From Eledone cirrhosa (Eukaryota), in contig OZ024757.1 of the NCBI GenBank assembly GCA_964016885.1, positions 31,930,001-31,994,000 on the forward strand: 64,000 nucleotides of DNA, in the 5' to 3' direction. Each line of letters opens with the position of its first letter. The first letter of the stretch is position 1. The position numbers were made by a program, and so were the translations under genes. Of the stretch, positions 49,026-64,000 are shown one piece after another. The notes under the pieces were generated by a model that saw only the letters and a program-made list of their open reading frames with translations, searched no databases and was not told where the DNA came from.

Positions 49026-49121
49026 GCAAAAATGTCTGTCTGTATGTATGTATGTATGTATGTGTGTGTCTGTGTGTGTGTCGGTATATAAATATATATA
49101 TATATGTGTGTGTGTGTGTGG

Positions 49122-49164
<43 letters not shown>

Positions 49165-49181
49165 TATGTGTGTGTGTGTGG

Positions 49182-49222
<41 letters not shown>

Positions 49223-49240
49223 TATGTGTGTGTGTGGCTG

Positions 49241-49274
<34 letters not shown>

Positions 49275-49292
49275 TATGTGTGTGTGTGGCTG

Positions 49293-49326
<34 letters not shown>

Positions 49327-49343
49327 TATGTGTGTGTGTGTGG

Positions 49344-49386
<43 letters not shown>

Positions 49387-49420
49387 TATGTGTGTGTGTG
49401 TGGCTGTATATATATATATT

Positions 49421-49452
<32 letters not shown>

Positions 49453-49764
49453 GCTGTGTATATATATTTATATATGTGTATGTGTGGTTAAGTTCTCAGT
49501 TAAATGTTTACTACACAACACCGACACATTACTTTCTAACACTCTGTCGGTTCTCTTTGATGTCGGAAGACTTCAAAGACTACTTAGAATACAGTGAAGC
49601 CGCCTCTCTTTCAGTATTGGGGTCAGTTTACATTAGGGAGTGAGTTGGCGGCGGAGGAAAGGAAGGGAGAGAGAGAAAGAGAGGGTGGGGAGAAGAACTG
49701 ACAGCATTACTTCAATATAACACTGAATTAACGACTAACGGTACCTTATGCATTCAATCTCTCT

Positions 49765-50758
49765 CTCTCTCTCTCTTCCTGTCTCTCTCTCTCTCACACT
49801 TGTGCTTTTTCTCTTTCTTCCCGTCTCTCTCTCTCTCCCTTGCTTTCTTCCCGTCTCTCTCTCTCTCTCCCTTGCTTTCTTCCCGTCTCTCTCTCTCTCT
49901 CCCTTGCTTTCTTCCCGTCTCTCTCTCTCCCCCTTGCTTTCTTCCCGTCTCTCTCTCTCTCTCCCTTGCTTTCTTCCCGTCTCTCTCTCTCCCCCTTGCT
50001 TTCTTCCCGTCTCTCTCTCTCTCTCCCTTGCTTTCTTCCCGTCTCTCTCTCTCTCTCCCTTGCTTTCTTCCCGTCTCTCTCTCTCTCTCTCCCTTGCTTT
50101 CTTCCCGTCTCTCTCTCTCTCTCCCTTGCTTTCTTCCCGTCTCTCTCTCTCTCCCTTGCTTTCTTCCCGTCTCTCTCTCTCTCTCCCTTGCTTTCTTCCC
50201 GTCTCTCTCTCTCTCTCCCTTGCTTTCTTCCCGTCTCTCTCTCTCCCCCTTGCTTTCTTCCCGTCTCTCTCTCTCTCTCTCCCTTGCTTTCTTCCCGTCT
50301 CTCTCTCTCTCTCTCCCTTGCTTTCTTCCCGTCTCTCTCTCTCTCTCCCTTGCTTTCTTCCCGTCTCTCTCTCTCCCCCTTGCTTTCTTCCCGTCTCTCT
50401 CTCTCTCTCCCTTGCTTTCTTCCCGTCTCTCTCTCTTCCTTTCTTCCCGTCATTTTCTCTCTTCCTTTCTTCCCGTCATTTTCTCTCTTCCTTTCTTCCC
50501 GTCATTCTCTCTCTTTCCCTTCCCGTCATTCTCTCTCTTTCCCTTCCCGTCATTCTCTCTCTTTCCCTTCCCGTCATTCTCTCTCTTTCCCTTCCCGTCA
50601 TTCTCTCTCTTTCCCTTCCCGTCTCTCTCTCTCTTCCTTTCTTCCCGTTTCTCTCTCTCTTTCCCTTTCTTCCCGTTTCTCTCTCTCTTTCCCTTTCTTC
50701 CCGTTTCTCTCTCTCTTTCCCTTTCTTCCCGTTTCTCTCTCTCTTTCCCTTTCTTCCC

Positions 50759-50825
<67 letters not shown>
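49765..50825. repeat. Polypyrimidine minisatellite (CCCTTGCTTTCTTCCCGT(CT)n units)
   Basis: About 1 kb of near-pure pyrimidine on the plus strand. Confidence 0.9.
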
Positions 50826-50897
50826 GTCTCGTTTTCTTCTGCTCCTCATTGCAGATTGCGACTCAAACACGCATATTTAGATAAAAAATATAGGAAT

Positions 50898-50972
<75 letters not shown>

Positions 50973-52340
50973 GATATATATATATGAGTTAATAGTTGAT
51001 CTACACCTACTTGAAGTTTCCCACACATAAACTACATGCGTGTTCTCTCAGATACTTTCCATGAATGGAAGTGTAGAGGCTAGCCGCTTTTTATAAGTTT
51101 ATAAGTTGTTAGCAAGTTCACTTCTTATTGGTCAAGTGCATGTTTATGCACAAGCGAAGCTATTCCGCGTGACATGCAGCTGAGAATATCGTGCATCTGG
51201 ATATCTTGACTCGTGATGTTTAACCAGCTGAAAAAATTTCCAGAAGGTATGTCCGCCCATGACACGACTGTTAGAAAATATTTCCGACCTTTTATTGAGG
51301 GATATCTCGGGTTGTTTCATATCTGGAACTTCTCAGAACCAAGGATCAAGTGATTCCGAATTGAACTCCTAAACAACATAGTCTATATATACATACATAC
51401 TTACGTACGTACGTACGTACATACATACATACATATACACATACGTACGTACATACTTACGTATATACACACACACATACATACACACACACATACATAT
51501 ATACATACATACACACACATACATACACACATACATACACACATACATACACACATACATACACACATACATACACACGAGATTCCGAATTGAACTCCTA
51601 AACAACATAGTCTATACATACATACATACATACATATACACATACGTACGTACATTCATACGTACATACACACATACATACACACACACATACATATACA
51701 CATACATACACACACATACATACACACATACATACACACACACACGATAGCTGCAAACTTTGCTAAGAGTATTGCAATCGCTTGTCAGATTATAGAGTTT
51801 GGTGCACTTTTAGGCTACGGCCAGCCACACGAACCTGTAACATATCCTAAACAAGGAATACCTGTGCTTTGAAGTTTTTTTTAAGTGGCAAAAGGCCTTG
51901 CACTCGAGCAATCCCACTCCCTGAGCATCAAAAACACTACCCGAAAAGGAGAACTGGTCAACATCATCGGATGCTTCCGAAGCCGCAGGTTCTTTTTTCC
52001 AGAGTTTCCCTCTCTTAGAAAGGTGTTGTGATAACAACTGGGGGCCTTTCACTGCCAGGTGAAAAAAAAAAAGAAGAAAAAACTACTATTTGGATGGCCG
52101 TTGACTCTGTTGAGTTATTCCGCCCTTTTCCGGGTCTTGTATTTCATCCAGCAGGGTGTCCAAATATCACCCTTCTCACCAAGCAAGCTTGGTGGGTTTG
52201 CCGGTTTAGTCACCGACGACGACCCGACCATCAGACAGGTTCTACCGGGTTACATATTACCAGTAGCACTCGAGAGCGACCTGACCATACATACATACAT
52301 ATATACATACAGACACGCACACACACGCACACGCACACGC

Positions 52341-52396
<56 letters not shown>

Positions 52397-52649
52397 ACAC
52401 ACACGCGCGTTGATTGTTACTTCTTATCAGAAAAGTGCCATTCCATCATTGAACATCGGACGATCGTGTACAGGCAGGTGAATTTTCACACCCACTTTTA
52501 TTTATTTTGCAGGCATGTTCACAGATGTGACACTTGAACTGTCTGACTCCTGGCATTACTGGCTGGGGTGTGTCTTTCATGCCTTCTACCATGTCTGGTC
52601 AGTTCGCCAGCTGACTTGCAAATTAAGCCTCACTCATTGCAAATGTAAC

Positions 52650-53250
52650 GTGTCATCGTCCAGCGGCCTCAGCCGAAATGGACTCAACAATTGATCTCAA
52701 CGTGGGTCTGTCGTTCATTGCCGCTGCCAAATCCTGGATTTCAATACCAGAATCTCTGGAGATGTCATCGGGGTAGGAGAGTTTGCGCCCGCTGTTATTA
52801 GTGACTGCTTGTGGTTTCCAAAGCACTAATGGGGACACAGCCTCAGAGGTAGCACGATGGCAGTGGCCAGCAAATCTTACTCTCCGCTTACGTACAACGA
52901 CAGATATGCGTGGGAGACCGACATATCTCTCTCTCAAAGGCAGATGTCGCCAGCTTATGTTCTGAGCCAAGGAGAAATGAAACTATCTGTGAGATGCTTC
53001 TACCGCCACGCACTGCACATTACGTAAAAAAAAAAATTGTTTAATACATGAAAGAAAGGTGAAATTCAATGACACACTTTCAGAGCAAATTTCAGTGAAA
53101 ACGGAGTGAAGCAGGGCTATATACCTGCACCCACTCTATTCTCCATCCACTTTGTAGGGCTACTGACACGTGTCTTCCAACACTTCAAAATCAGTGTAAA
53201 CTTGCGATTTAGAACCTCTGGCAAAGTCTTTAATATAAGACATTTTAACA
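52650..53250. mobile_element. Two RTE fragments: 52650-52968 (-, RVRFAGHCHR..LVLWKP) and 52970-53250 (+, GVKQGYIPAPTLFSIHF..LRFRTSGKVFN, RT domain)
   Basis: Translated motifs typical of RTE/BovB-type reverse transcriptases. Confidence 0.78.
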
Positions 53251-53744
53251 TCAAATACACACACACACGCACACATACATACATACATACATACATACAT
53301 ACATACATACATACATACATACATACATACCCCCACACACACATACCCCCACGCACACATACATACACGCATACATACATACACGCATACATACATACAC
53401 GCATACATACACGCATACATACACGCATACATACACGCATACATACATACACGCATACACACACGCATACATACACGCATACATACACGCATACATACAC
53501 GCATACACACACACATACACACACACATACACACATACACGCATACATACATACCTACACATCATTCATACACACACATACACACACACACACATACATA
53601 CACACATAAATACATATGTACACACTCACCTACAAACATATATATGCTCACAATCACCTACATATATACACAAATACACACGCCTAAACACTCATAATCT
53701 CATAATATGCCATAATAAACCATACCAAGTCCCAGAAGAGCTAC

Positions 53745-54150
53745 GAACACACAGACACACACAGACACACACAGACACACACACACACAGACACACACAG
53801 ACACACACAGACACACACAGACACACACAGACACACACAGACACACACAGACACACACAGACACACACAGACACACACAGACACACACAGACACACACAG
53901 ACACACACAGACACACACAGACACACACAGACACACACAGACACACACAGACACACACAGACACACACAGACACACACAGACACACACAGACACACACAG
54001 ACACACACAGACACACACAGACACACACAGACACACACAGACACACACAGACACACACAGACACACACAGACACACACAGACACACACAGACACACACAG
54101 ACACACAGACACAGACACACACACACAGACACACACACACACACACACAC
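53745..54150. repeat. (ACACACACAG)n 10-bp repeat
   Basis: More than 30 perfect units. Confidence 0.92.
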
Positions 54151-54693
54151 ATCCTTACACACACGCACATCCTTACACACACATCCTTACACACACACAC
54201 AATTACACACACATTCTTACATACACAGAAACACACACACACATCCTTAGACATTCACACACATCCTTACACACACACACACACATCCTTTCACACACAC
54301 ACACACATCCTTTCACACACATCCTTACATACACACAAACATACACACACACATCCTTACCCACTCACACAGTCACACTATATAACTCTCCTTTAACACA
54401 TCACACTAAAACACAAAAGACCAGCTCGTCTGTAAACCAACTTTTGTAAATAAACCATTAAAAGAAAATCTACTTCTTTCCCTAATCGATATTCATCTAA
54501 GAATTCCCTTATTGATGTTCATCTAAGAATTCCCTTATTAGAGAAATAAATCGCAGTGAATTGGCTGGAAGATCGATTATAAACCAATCAGTGGTCAATC
54601 AGAGGTGAGTTTAGTGATTGATTCGATCTAAATAGTTAATAGTTGACCAATTAAAGAGAAAGTTAGTGTAATCGGCTATAGGAAAAGACGTGA

Positions 54694-54736
<43 letters not shown>

Positions 54737-54829
54737 GTGTATATACACACACACATATGTGTGTATATATGTATATATATATGTGTATGTGTATGTATGT
54801 ATGTATGTATGTATATGTATGTATGTATG

Positions 54830-54862
<33 letters not shown>

Positions 54863-54979
54863 ATATATATATACATCTATATGTGTATGTATGTATGTAT
54901 GTATGTATATGTATGTATGTATGTATATATATATATATATATGTGTGTGTGTATATATATATACATCTATATGTGTATG

Positions 54980-55016
<37 letters not shown>

Positions 55017-55653
55017 GTGTATATGTATACATCTGTGTATATGTATACATCTGTGTATGTATATATATATATGTATGTGAATGTGTATATATATACGGGT
55101 GTGTATATGGATGTGTATATAAGTATTTGTGTGTATGTGTAAATATATGTATGTATATACATATATATGTATATATATATTTGTATATATATATGTAAAT
55201 ATATATGTGTGTATATATATATACATGTAAATATATATATATATATTTGTATATATATGTAAATATATATATGTGTATATATATATACATGTAAATATAT
55301 ATATATATATTTGTATATATATGTAAATATATATATGTGTATATATATATACATGTAAATATATATATATATATATTTGTATATATATGTATGTATATGT
55401 ATATATATAGTGTATATATTTGTATGTATATGTATATATATATAGTGTAGATATTTGTAAATATATATATATATATATATATATAAGATTTACTATTTAG
55501 TATTTCTTCCAGTCTATTAATCAAATGCGGATATTTTCAATAAAATCCTGAAATAAACTGATCAGTATCGATCTCACTGATCACAGAAACACACGCACAC
55601 GCACACACACACACACATATATACATAAATGAATATATACATGCATATATATA

Positions 55654-55696
<43 letters not shown>

Positions 55697-55738
55697 GATA
55701 TTAAACAAATGGAAACTATATTTATAAAACCATATTTA

Positions 55739-55801
55739 TTTCGTTATATATATTTCTGGGATATCATATTAAAAAATATGGTATGCCTTCCTCAGACAAA
55801 A
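55739..55801 (-). ncRNA. Type I hammerhead ribozyme motif inside palindrome 55696-55910
   Basis: UUUUGU-CUGAGGA-A-GGCAUACCAUAUU..AAUAUGAUAUCCC-A-GAAA-UAUAUA-UA-ACGAAA. Confidence 0.68.
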
Positions 55802-55997
55802 TACAATATATAAGCTGTTTTATACCATATTTTTTAATATGATATCCCAGAAATATATATAACGAAATAAATATGGTTTTATAAATATAGTTTCCATTTG
55901 TTTAATATCGTAAACCTACTCCAAAAACTGTTGAGTGCTTTTATATCAGTTATAAAATATTTACTCGTTGTAACCCAACAATTTTAAATAAAACTTT

Positions 55998-56035
<38 letters not shown>

Positions 56036-59000
56036 ATATATGTATATATAATATATATATACACGTATATATGTATATATAATATATATATACACACATA
56101 TATGTATATATGTATATATAATATATATATACACACATATATGTATATATAATATATAATATATATATACACACATATATGTATACATGCATATATATGT
56201 ATATACATTTATATTATATATACACATACATACATACACACACTCACACACATCGCTCTCCTCCCCCTCCTTCCATTGCTCTCCTCCTCCCTCCTCTCTC
56301 TTATTCATATTGAGATGTTGTTTAATTAGAATATATTGCTTCAATTCTCTATTGTTGAATATCAGCAATCTGGACTGAATATTGGAGAGTTGTGGTGGGG
56401 GTAGTGGTGGTGTTGGTTGTGGTAGTAGTGGTACTGTTGGTGTGGTGGTGGTGGTGTTGGTTGTGGTGTTTGGGGTATAATGGTTGTGGTGTTGGTGGTG
56501 GTAGTAGTGGTGCTGTTGGTGTGGTGGTGGTGTTGGTTGTGGTGTTTGGGGTATAAAGTTTGTGGTGTTGGTGGTGTTGGTTGTGGTAGTAGTGGTACTG
56601 TTGGTGTGGTGGTAGTGTCGGTTGTGGTAGTAGTGGTACTGTTGGTGTGGTGGTGGTGTCGGTTGTGGTGTCTGGGGTATAATGGTTGTGGTGTTGGTGG
56701 TGGTGGTGTTGGTGGTGGTGTTGGCTGTGGTAGTAGTGGTGCTGTTGGTGTGGTGGTGGTGTTGGTTGTGGTAGTAGTGGTGGTGGTGTTGGCTGTGGTA
56801 GTAGTGGTGCTGTTGGTGTGGTGCTGAAGTGATTGTGGTGGTGGTGTGGTGCTGAAGTGGTAGTGGTGGTGGTGTGGTGCTGAAGTGGTAGTGGTGGTGG
56901 TAGTGGTGGTGGTGTGGTGGTGGTAGTGGTGGTGGTGTGGTGCTGAAGTGGTGGTGGTGTGGTGCTGAAGTGGTGGTGGTGTGGTGCTGAAGTGATTGTG
57001 GTGGTGTGGTGCTGAAGTGGTGGTGGTGTGGTGCTGAAGTGGTGGTGGTGTGGTGCTGAAGTGATTGCGGTGGTGGTAGTGGTGGTGGTGATTGTGGTGG
57101 TGATAGTGGTGGTGGTGGTGTGGTGCTGAAGTGGTGGTGGTGTGGTGCTGAAGTGATTGTGGTAGTAGTGGTGGTGGTTGTGGCGGCGGTGGTGTTGGTC
57201 GTGTTGTAATGGTGGTGTTGCTGGTAGTATTGTTTTAGTAGTAGTAATGGTTGTGACGTTCCCCTGTTGTGCTGTAGATGCTGATAGGGATTTCTTGTTC
57301 CTGAATTACATGGAGATATCTTTCAAATCATGATGTTAAGACCTTGTCAGAACTGAGATATAGTATGGTTTATAAAATGGACGACAGCTAAGATTTAGTA
57401 TAATTGTTTCTACTTTAGGCACAAGGCCAGCAATAACCCAGTACATTACTGGTACTTTATTTTATCGACCCCGTAAGGATGAAAGGCAAAGTCAACCTCG
57501 GCGGGATTTGAACTCAGATCGTAAAGGGATGTAACTATGCTGGAAAGCATGGTGTTCAAATTTTTCCATTATATATATATATATATATATATAGGGTGTC
57601 CCCTCAAAAATGTATACACACTTTGATTACCAGTACAGGCTTACTGTATATTTTTAGAATGCTGTTGAAGCGTGTAAGTGTGTATGTATATATATATACA
57701 CACATACACACACACACACGCACACATGATGATGATTATGACTCTCAGCTGATCGGTGCATTAGAGTGCAAAGCAGTGCATTCTTTATATTGAGGTGTTA
57801 AAGGTACCGGGTGGCACGGGGTGGTATTGGGTGGCACTGAGTAGTATTGGGTGGGGCAGGGTGGTTGAGGGGGAGGGGGTACGGAATGGCCCTTTTTTTT
57901 GCCCCAGAGCTGTTCAAACAACAGCCGGGGACGAAGGGAATCAAAGCAGAAAAATGACGTCACTTTATGATTATTAAGGTTAGCAGAACAGGAAACTAGG
58001 CATATTACACGGTGGTGGTAGTGGTGCTGGTGGTGGTGGTGGTGGTGCTTGAGGTGGTGGTAGTGGTGCTGGTGGTGGTGGTGGTAGAGGTGGTGTTGGT
58101 TGTGAATGTGGTGATGGTGGTGTTTGAGTAAGTGGTGGTGGTGGTTGTGTTTGAGGTGGTGTTGATGGTAATGGTGGTGTTGGTTGTGAAGGTGGTGGTG
58201 GTGGTGGTGGTGTTTGATTAGGTGGTGGTGGTGGTGGTGTGTTGGTGGTGGTGGTGTGTTGGTTGTGGTGATGGTGGTATTTGAGTAGGTAGTGGTGGTG
58301 TGGTGTTGGTGGTAGTAATGGTGGTGTTGGTTGTGAAGGTGGTGGTGATGTTGTTGGTGGTTGTGAAGGTGATGGTGGTGGTTGTTTCATAGGTGGCAGT
58401 GTTGGTGGTATTTGAGTAGGTGGTGGTGGTGGTGTTAGTGGTAGTGCTGGTGATATATTGCGGTGGTGGTCGTGGTGTTTGTGTTGGTAGTGGAGTGGTG
58501 GTGTGTTGTTTGTGGTGGCAGTGATATATTGTGTTGGTGGAGGTGGTGGTGTGTTGGTTCTGGGGGTGATGGTGGTGTTTGAGTATGTGTTGGTGTTGTT
58601 GGTGGAGGTGTGTGTGTCGGTGTGTGTGCCGGTGATGGTGATGGTGGTGATTTATCCTTAATCAGAACACCAATAGAAGAGTGAATATATGAATGGATAT
58701 ACAAAACCACTCACACACACACATAGACATACATAGAGCCACACTTACACACATACACTGAGACAGACACACACACTACGACAGTTATATACACACACAT
58801 ACAAATACAAGCACTCTCACATACTCACACACAGACAGACTACATCAGTGATATATAGTCACACACACACAGACAGACATACAGACACAGACAGACGCAG
58901 AGCCACACACATACACTGAAACACACACATACTGTGACATACAGACACTCTACAACAGTGATATACACACATACAAATACAAGCACACACGCACTCAGAG

Positions 59001-59349
59001 ACACACTGCATCAGTGAGATATAGACACACACACCACATATACACAGACAGATATACACAAGCATATACTGTGACATACACATTACAACAATGATATATG
59101 CACACACAGACACACATACTGTGACACACACATTACAACAATGATACACACACACACAGAAAGAGACAGACACACATTTACTGTGACACACACATTACAA
59201 CAATGATACACACTCACACACACACACACACACACAAAGAGACAGACACACACATACTGTGACACATTACAACAATGATACACACACACAGAAAGAGACA
59301 GACACACACATACTGTGACACATTACAACAATGATACACACACAAATAC

Positions 59350-59417
<68 letters not shown>

Positions 59418-59422
59418 ACACA

Positions 59423-59496
<74 letters not shown>

Positions 59497-59679
59497 TTCA
59501 CACACACATACAAACACATACCCCCCCCACACACACAGCTAGCCATCCCATTAAAACAATGACAAAGCCAACCAACCAACCAACCAGCCAGCCAACCAAC
59601 CAGCCAGCCAGCCAGCCAACCAACCAACCAACCAGCCAACCAACAAGCCAGCCAGCCAGCCAGCCAGCCAACCAACCAA

Positions 59680-59710
<31 letters not shown>

Positions 59711-60680
59711 CGAGGCAGTGTTTGCCATATGGAGGTCAGTGAACCATGGACATTGGTTATGGCTGTGGTGAGACACTTCATTGCAGACAGATAGGTAAAC
59801 ATCAACACCTCACCACCACCACCAGCACTCACTGTCACTACATCCCTATCACCACCAACACCACCACCACCATGACCAGCGTCACCACTAACACCACCTC
59901 CAACATCACCACCTCCACCACGAACACCACCACCTCACCATCACCAGCACTCACTGTCACTACATCCCTATCACCACCAACACCACCACCATCACGACCA
60001 GCATCACCACCACCGCCACCTCCAAGCATCAACACCATCATCAGCACTCACTGTCACTACATCCCTATCACCACCAACACCACCACCATCACCACAAGCA
60101 TCAACACCATCACCAGCACACACTGTCACTACATCCCTATCACCACCAACACCACAACCAGCATCACCACCACCACCACCTCCAACATCACCACCATCAC
60201 CAGCACACACTGTCACTACATCCCTATCACCACCAACACCACCACCATCACGACCACCATCACCAGCATCACCTCTAATCTTCTTTTCGGGTTACAGCTA
60301 CTGTCGCTCAGAGAGTGGGATTGGTTCAGTGCACAGTCTTTCCTCACTTTAAAAAATATCTTCACGCACAGGCATTGCACGATAGAATTAATGAATAATT
60401 ATTAATAATGGTATATCGTGCAATGGCCATACTCGATAACGAGGGGGCATATACATATATATATAGTAGTAATTATAAATGTGACGACTAAAATCCGAAG
60501 AGGGCTCGAAAAGGATAAATATATATCAAATATATAAGAACCATAGAGCAAATATTTATTAAAATAACAGATTAAAGTTTAAGCAAAGAATCGCTGTTTT
60601 CACCCTTAAGATCCCGTTAAGGGCGAAAGCAGCGATTCTTTGCTTAAACTTTAATCTATTATTTCAATATATATACATAA

Positions 60681-60714
<34 letters not shown>

Positions 60715-61280
60715 AAAGGCTGAGTGGGTGAGTGGTTAGAGAATTGGATTCGCAATCGTGAGGCTGTGAGTTCGATTCCCGAGCCGGGTGATGTGTTATG
60801 TCATTGAGGAAGACACTTTATTTCATGTTGCTCCTTCTACCTGGAGTTGCGCCCGATAGATAGTATTAGTAATTGGAAAGACCGATGGAAACATTGTTTC
60901 CTCGGTCCGATTTTACGAAAGTCGATCGACTGTCGATATATATATATATGTAATATTATATTATACTACCTGTAATGATAATAGAATTTAGAAATGAAAA
61001 TTTGTCAATCTGAAGCATCTCAGGGTAAACAATATTCATTGTATAAATTTTTGTTGGCGTCCAAATTAATAAATTGTTGCTGCTTCCAACTCGTGAGCAT
61101 CTAACATAGAGTTGATCATGGCAGAAACATGTAGTAGAGAGATCAAGTCCAACTACCTTGAGGGATTGACCCTGAAATTTGTTAGCCTAGTTTGACTGGA
61201 AACTGAAGCCTCTTCAATTCAAATGGAACAGCTGTAGGTATGAGAGGAATTTTTAGAATAAAGACTTTTTTTTTCAATAT

Positions 61281-61904
61281 TGTAAACAAATGAGTATCAA
61301 AATCCAAAAATAAATATATTTTCCCCCAAGGAAACAGTACTTAAACATTCTTATCAAGCGTACAGATGAGTTCATTAAGCGTATTAGATGGAGAGCTTTC
61401 TCCTGCGACCACCCTGATGTAGCATCTACCAATGATTAGAAATTCGGTTTCAAAACGAATAAGGCACCACTCACTAATAGCCTACTTGAACCATTTGAGG
61501 AAGACCTCTTCAAAATGATCAGAAACGTAAATTTTCGTAGAGCCAACATACCATTCCAGGCCTATTTAAAAGACAAAATGTTGAAAATGAAAAGTTACCC
61601 CAATCTCCATATCCCCTCTGATAAAACCAAAAATGTTTATGAGGTGGACTTACCGATCTACAAGAAGTTGGGGAAAAATGCAATCACAACCACTTAGAAA
61701 AAACGTGGAAGAGTTGGTATTGTTTGATACCAACCAGTATAGTTGGTAAAGAGATTGCAAAGTCCCTTAAAATAGAAGACCGGACCGGACTGAAACATTA
61801 AGGGTAAAGACCCCGCACTTTACCCTTAAAGACCACAAGGGAAATATCCTCAACAAACCATCGGTTAGACTAATTAACCCTACACGCCCAGACATCGAAT
61901 CTAT

Positions 61905-61907
<3 letters not shown>
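61281..61907 (+). mobile_element. Decayed Penelope-like element ORF (N-terminal/RT-proximal part)
   Basis: EFIKRIRWRAF..FGFKT..LEPFEEDLFKMIRNVNFR..IPSDKTKNVYEV..FTLKDHK..KPSVRLINP; stops and frameshifts; ends in (GT)n. Confidence 0.75.
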
Positions 61908-61937
<30 letters not shown>

Positions 61938-62180
61938 AGATTGGAGGTGGTAAAGGCCAGTTAGACGGTTACTCGCCAGAGTACTCGATACTTGGGGTAG
62001 TAGAATGGGTAATATGAAAAATTTCAGGACCCTGACGGCTGAGCACCGGCCGTTTCAACAGCTAGATCCGAACGTCGGGGCCCTGAATCTTTTCATATAT
62101 ATAACTGATAATTTTGATAAATTTTGGCCAGTATTGGCCCAGGCCATGCCTAACTTAATAGCACCACCTGGCAATATGTG

Positions 62181-62223
<43 letters not shown>

Positions 62224-62407
62224 CGAAGGAAATGTGATAAGGAACCAGGTGGACCATAACGCACCAAAGTACTCAATACTTAGGGTAGTAGAGTGGGTAA
62301 TAGGAACAAGTAAGACCCCGACGGCTGAGCTCAAGCCGTTTCGACGGCTAATTCAGTCCAGAATTAGCCGTCGAAACGGCTTGAGCTCAGCCGTCGGGGT
62401 CTTACTT

Positions 62408-62447
<40 letters not shown>

Positions 62448-62573
62448 GCGCACGCGCACACAGTGAAAGAGTGAAGAATAACATGGTCGGCTGTACAAAA
62501 AGGGTTTTATTTACAGTATTAACAGAGTACTCAACCTCTAACTGGATTACCTAAAACGGTAACTTGTTATCCC

Positions 62574-62612
<39 letters not shown>

Positions 62613-64000
62613 TACATACACACATACATACATACATACATTAACAGACAGATCGAAGCATAAAAGTAAAAATTAACAAGATAAAAGCTAAATCTGGATC
62701 TGACATTAAAATGGCGTGTATAAGGAAAATTTTATAGGTGTATATAAAATGGTGTCATATATATACATTTATATATATATATATATGCATATATAAATAT
62801 ATATATCAAGAGAGAGAGAGGGGGGGGGGAGGTTTCCAAAAATTGTATACACACTTTGATTACCTGTGCAGATAATATTTATTAGAACGCTGTTAAAGTA
62901 TGTATATATTTTTGGGGGACAGCCTGTATATATGATGGAGTTTAGTGAGATTTTGAACAATTGCTCCCTGTGCATAGTTCTTTGTTTGCAGTGGTTTTTG
63001 GTGTTATTATTGTTGTTGTTTGTATTAAATGTTTGTTGTGGTTACTGTTGTTGTTGTTGGCGGTGGTTGTATTAATGTTTGGTGTTGTTGTTGTTGGTGG
63101 TTTTATTAATGTTTGCTGTGGTTACTGCTGCTACTGTTGTTGTGGTTGTATTGTTTGTTGTGGTTACTGTTGTCGTTGTTGTTGTTGTTGGTGTTGTTGT
63201 TGTTTGTATTAATGTTTGTTGTTACTGCTGTTGTTGTTGTTGTTGTTGGTGGTGGTGGTTGTATTAATGTTTGGTGTTGTTGGTGGTTTTATTAATGTTT
63301 GCTGTGGTTACTGTTGTTGTTGTTGTTGTTGTTGGTAGTGGTTGTATTAATGTTTGTTGTTGTTGTTGTTGTTGGTAGTGGTTGTATTAATGTTTGTTGT
63401 GGTTAGTGTTGGTGTTGTTGTTGTTGTTATTGTTGGTAGTGGTTGTATTAATGTTTGTTGTGGTTGCTGTTGTTGTTGGTTCTATTATTTACTGCTGTTG
63501 TTGTTGCTGTTGTTGGTTCTCTTATTATTTACTGTTGGTGGTGTTGTTGTTGTTGCTGGTTGTATTAATGTTTGGTGTTGTTGGTGGTGGTTGTATTGTT
63601 AGCTGTTGGTGTTGTTGCTTCTCTTATTATTTACTGTTGGTGTTGTTGTTGTTGTTGATGATGCTGGTTGTATTAATGTTTGGTGTTGTTGGTGGGGGTT
63701 GTATTGTTAGCTGTTGGTGTTGTTGTTGGTGTTGTTGCTTCTCTTATTATTTACTATTGCTGTTGTTGTAGTGAAATGCATGGTTCTTTGGTCCTTTAGT
63801 TAAATATATAATCGTTTATTTACTTCTATAGTCTAGACTAACAGCAAGACCTCCAATCTGGGACAGTAATAAAATTATTTATTCGTTTATAACTTCACCT
63901 TTTATGGCTTTATTAGGTATTATGACCATACCACCCTCTCACTGTGTGTTACCCTCTCTCTAACCCCCCTCTACCCCTCTCTCTCCACCCCTCTCTCTCC

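Noticed and set aside
45809-50987. Long ORFs of up to 729 aa (poly-T/H/P, poly-V/W/G, LS-rich)
   Set aside because: They are translations of (GGT)n, (CT)n and (TA)n repeats, open in several frames, with no domain and no splice context.

Overview
AT-rich, microsatellite- and transposon-dense animal genomic DNA. Its SINE/RTE repertoire and (TA)n/(CA)n load look like an octopus or other coleoid cephalopod; this is inference. I reconstructed two complete spliced genes by hand, arranged head-to-head. UBE2F (NEDD8-conjugating E2) is on the minus strand: 6 coding exons, 14142->6632, 182 aa. VPS25 (ESCRT-II) is on the plus strand: 6 exons, 20222->30969, 175 aa, and its second intron is a U12-type (minor spliceosome) GT-AG intron. 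The rest is repeats: two tRNA-type SINE families, RTE/R4/CRE/Penelope-like LINE fragments, Tc1/mariner and piggyBac MITEs, and minisatellites derived from TE pieces. The most unusual signals are: (1) about a dozen type-I hammerhead ribozyme motifs of Penelope-like origin, several in fold-back palindromes next to (TA)n tracts, with a suggestive orientation bias inside introns; (2) a short (TA)n-inserted element family whose palindrome arms co-vary copy by copy and fold at the position of ribozyme stem II; (3) a U6 snRNA retrocopy fused to a retroposon-type 3' tail. No further host gene was recognised beyond about 32 kb. Most ORFs in the supplied track are microsatellite artefacts.
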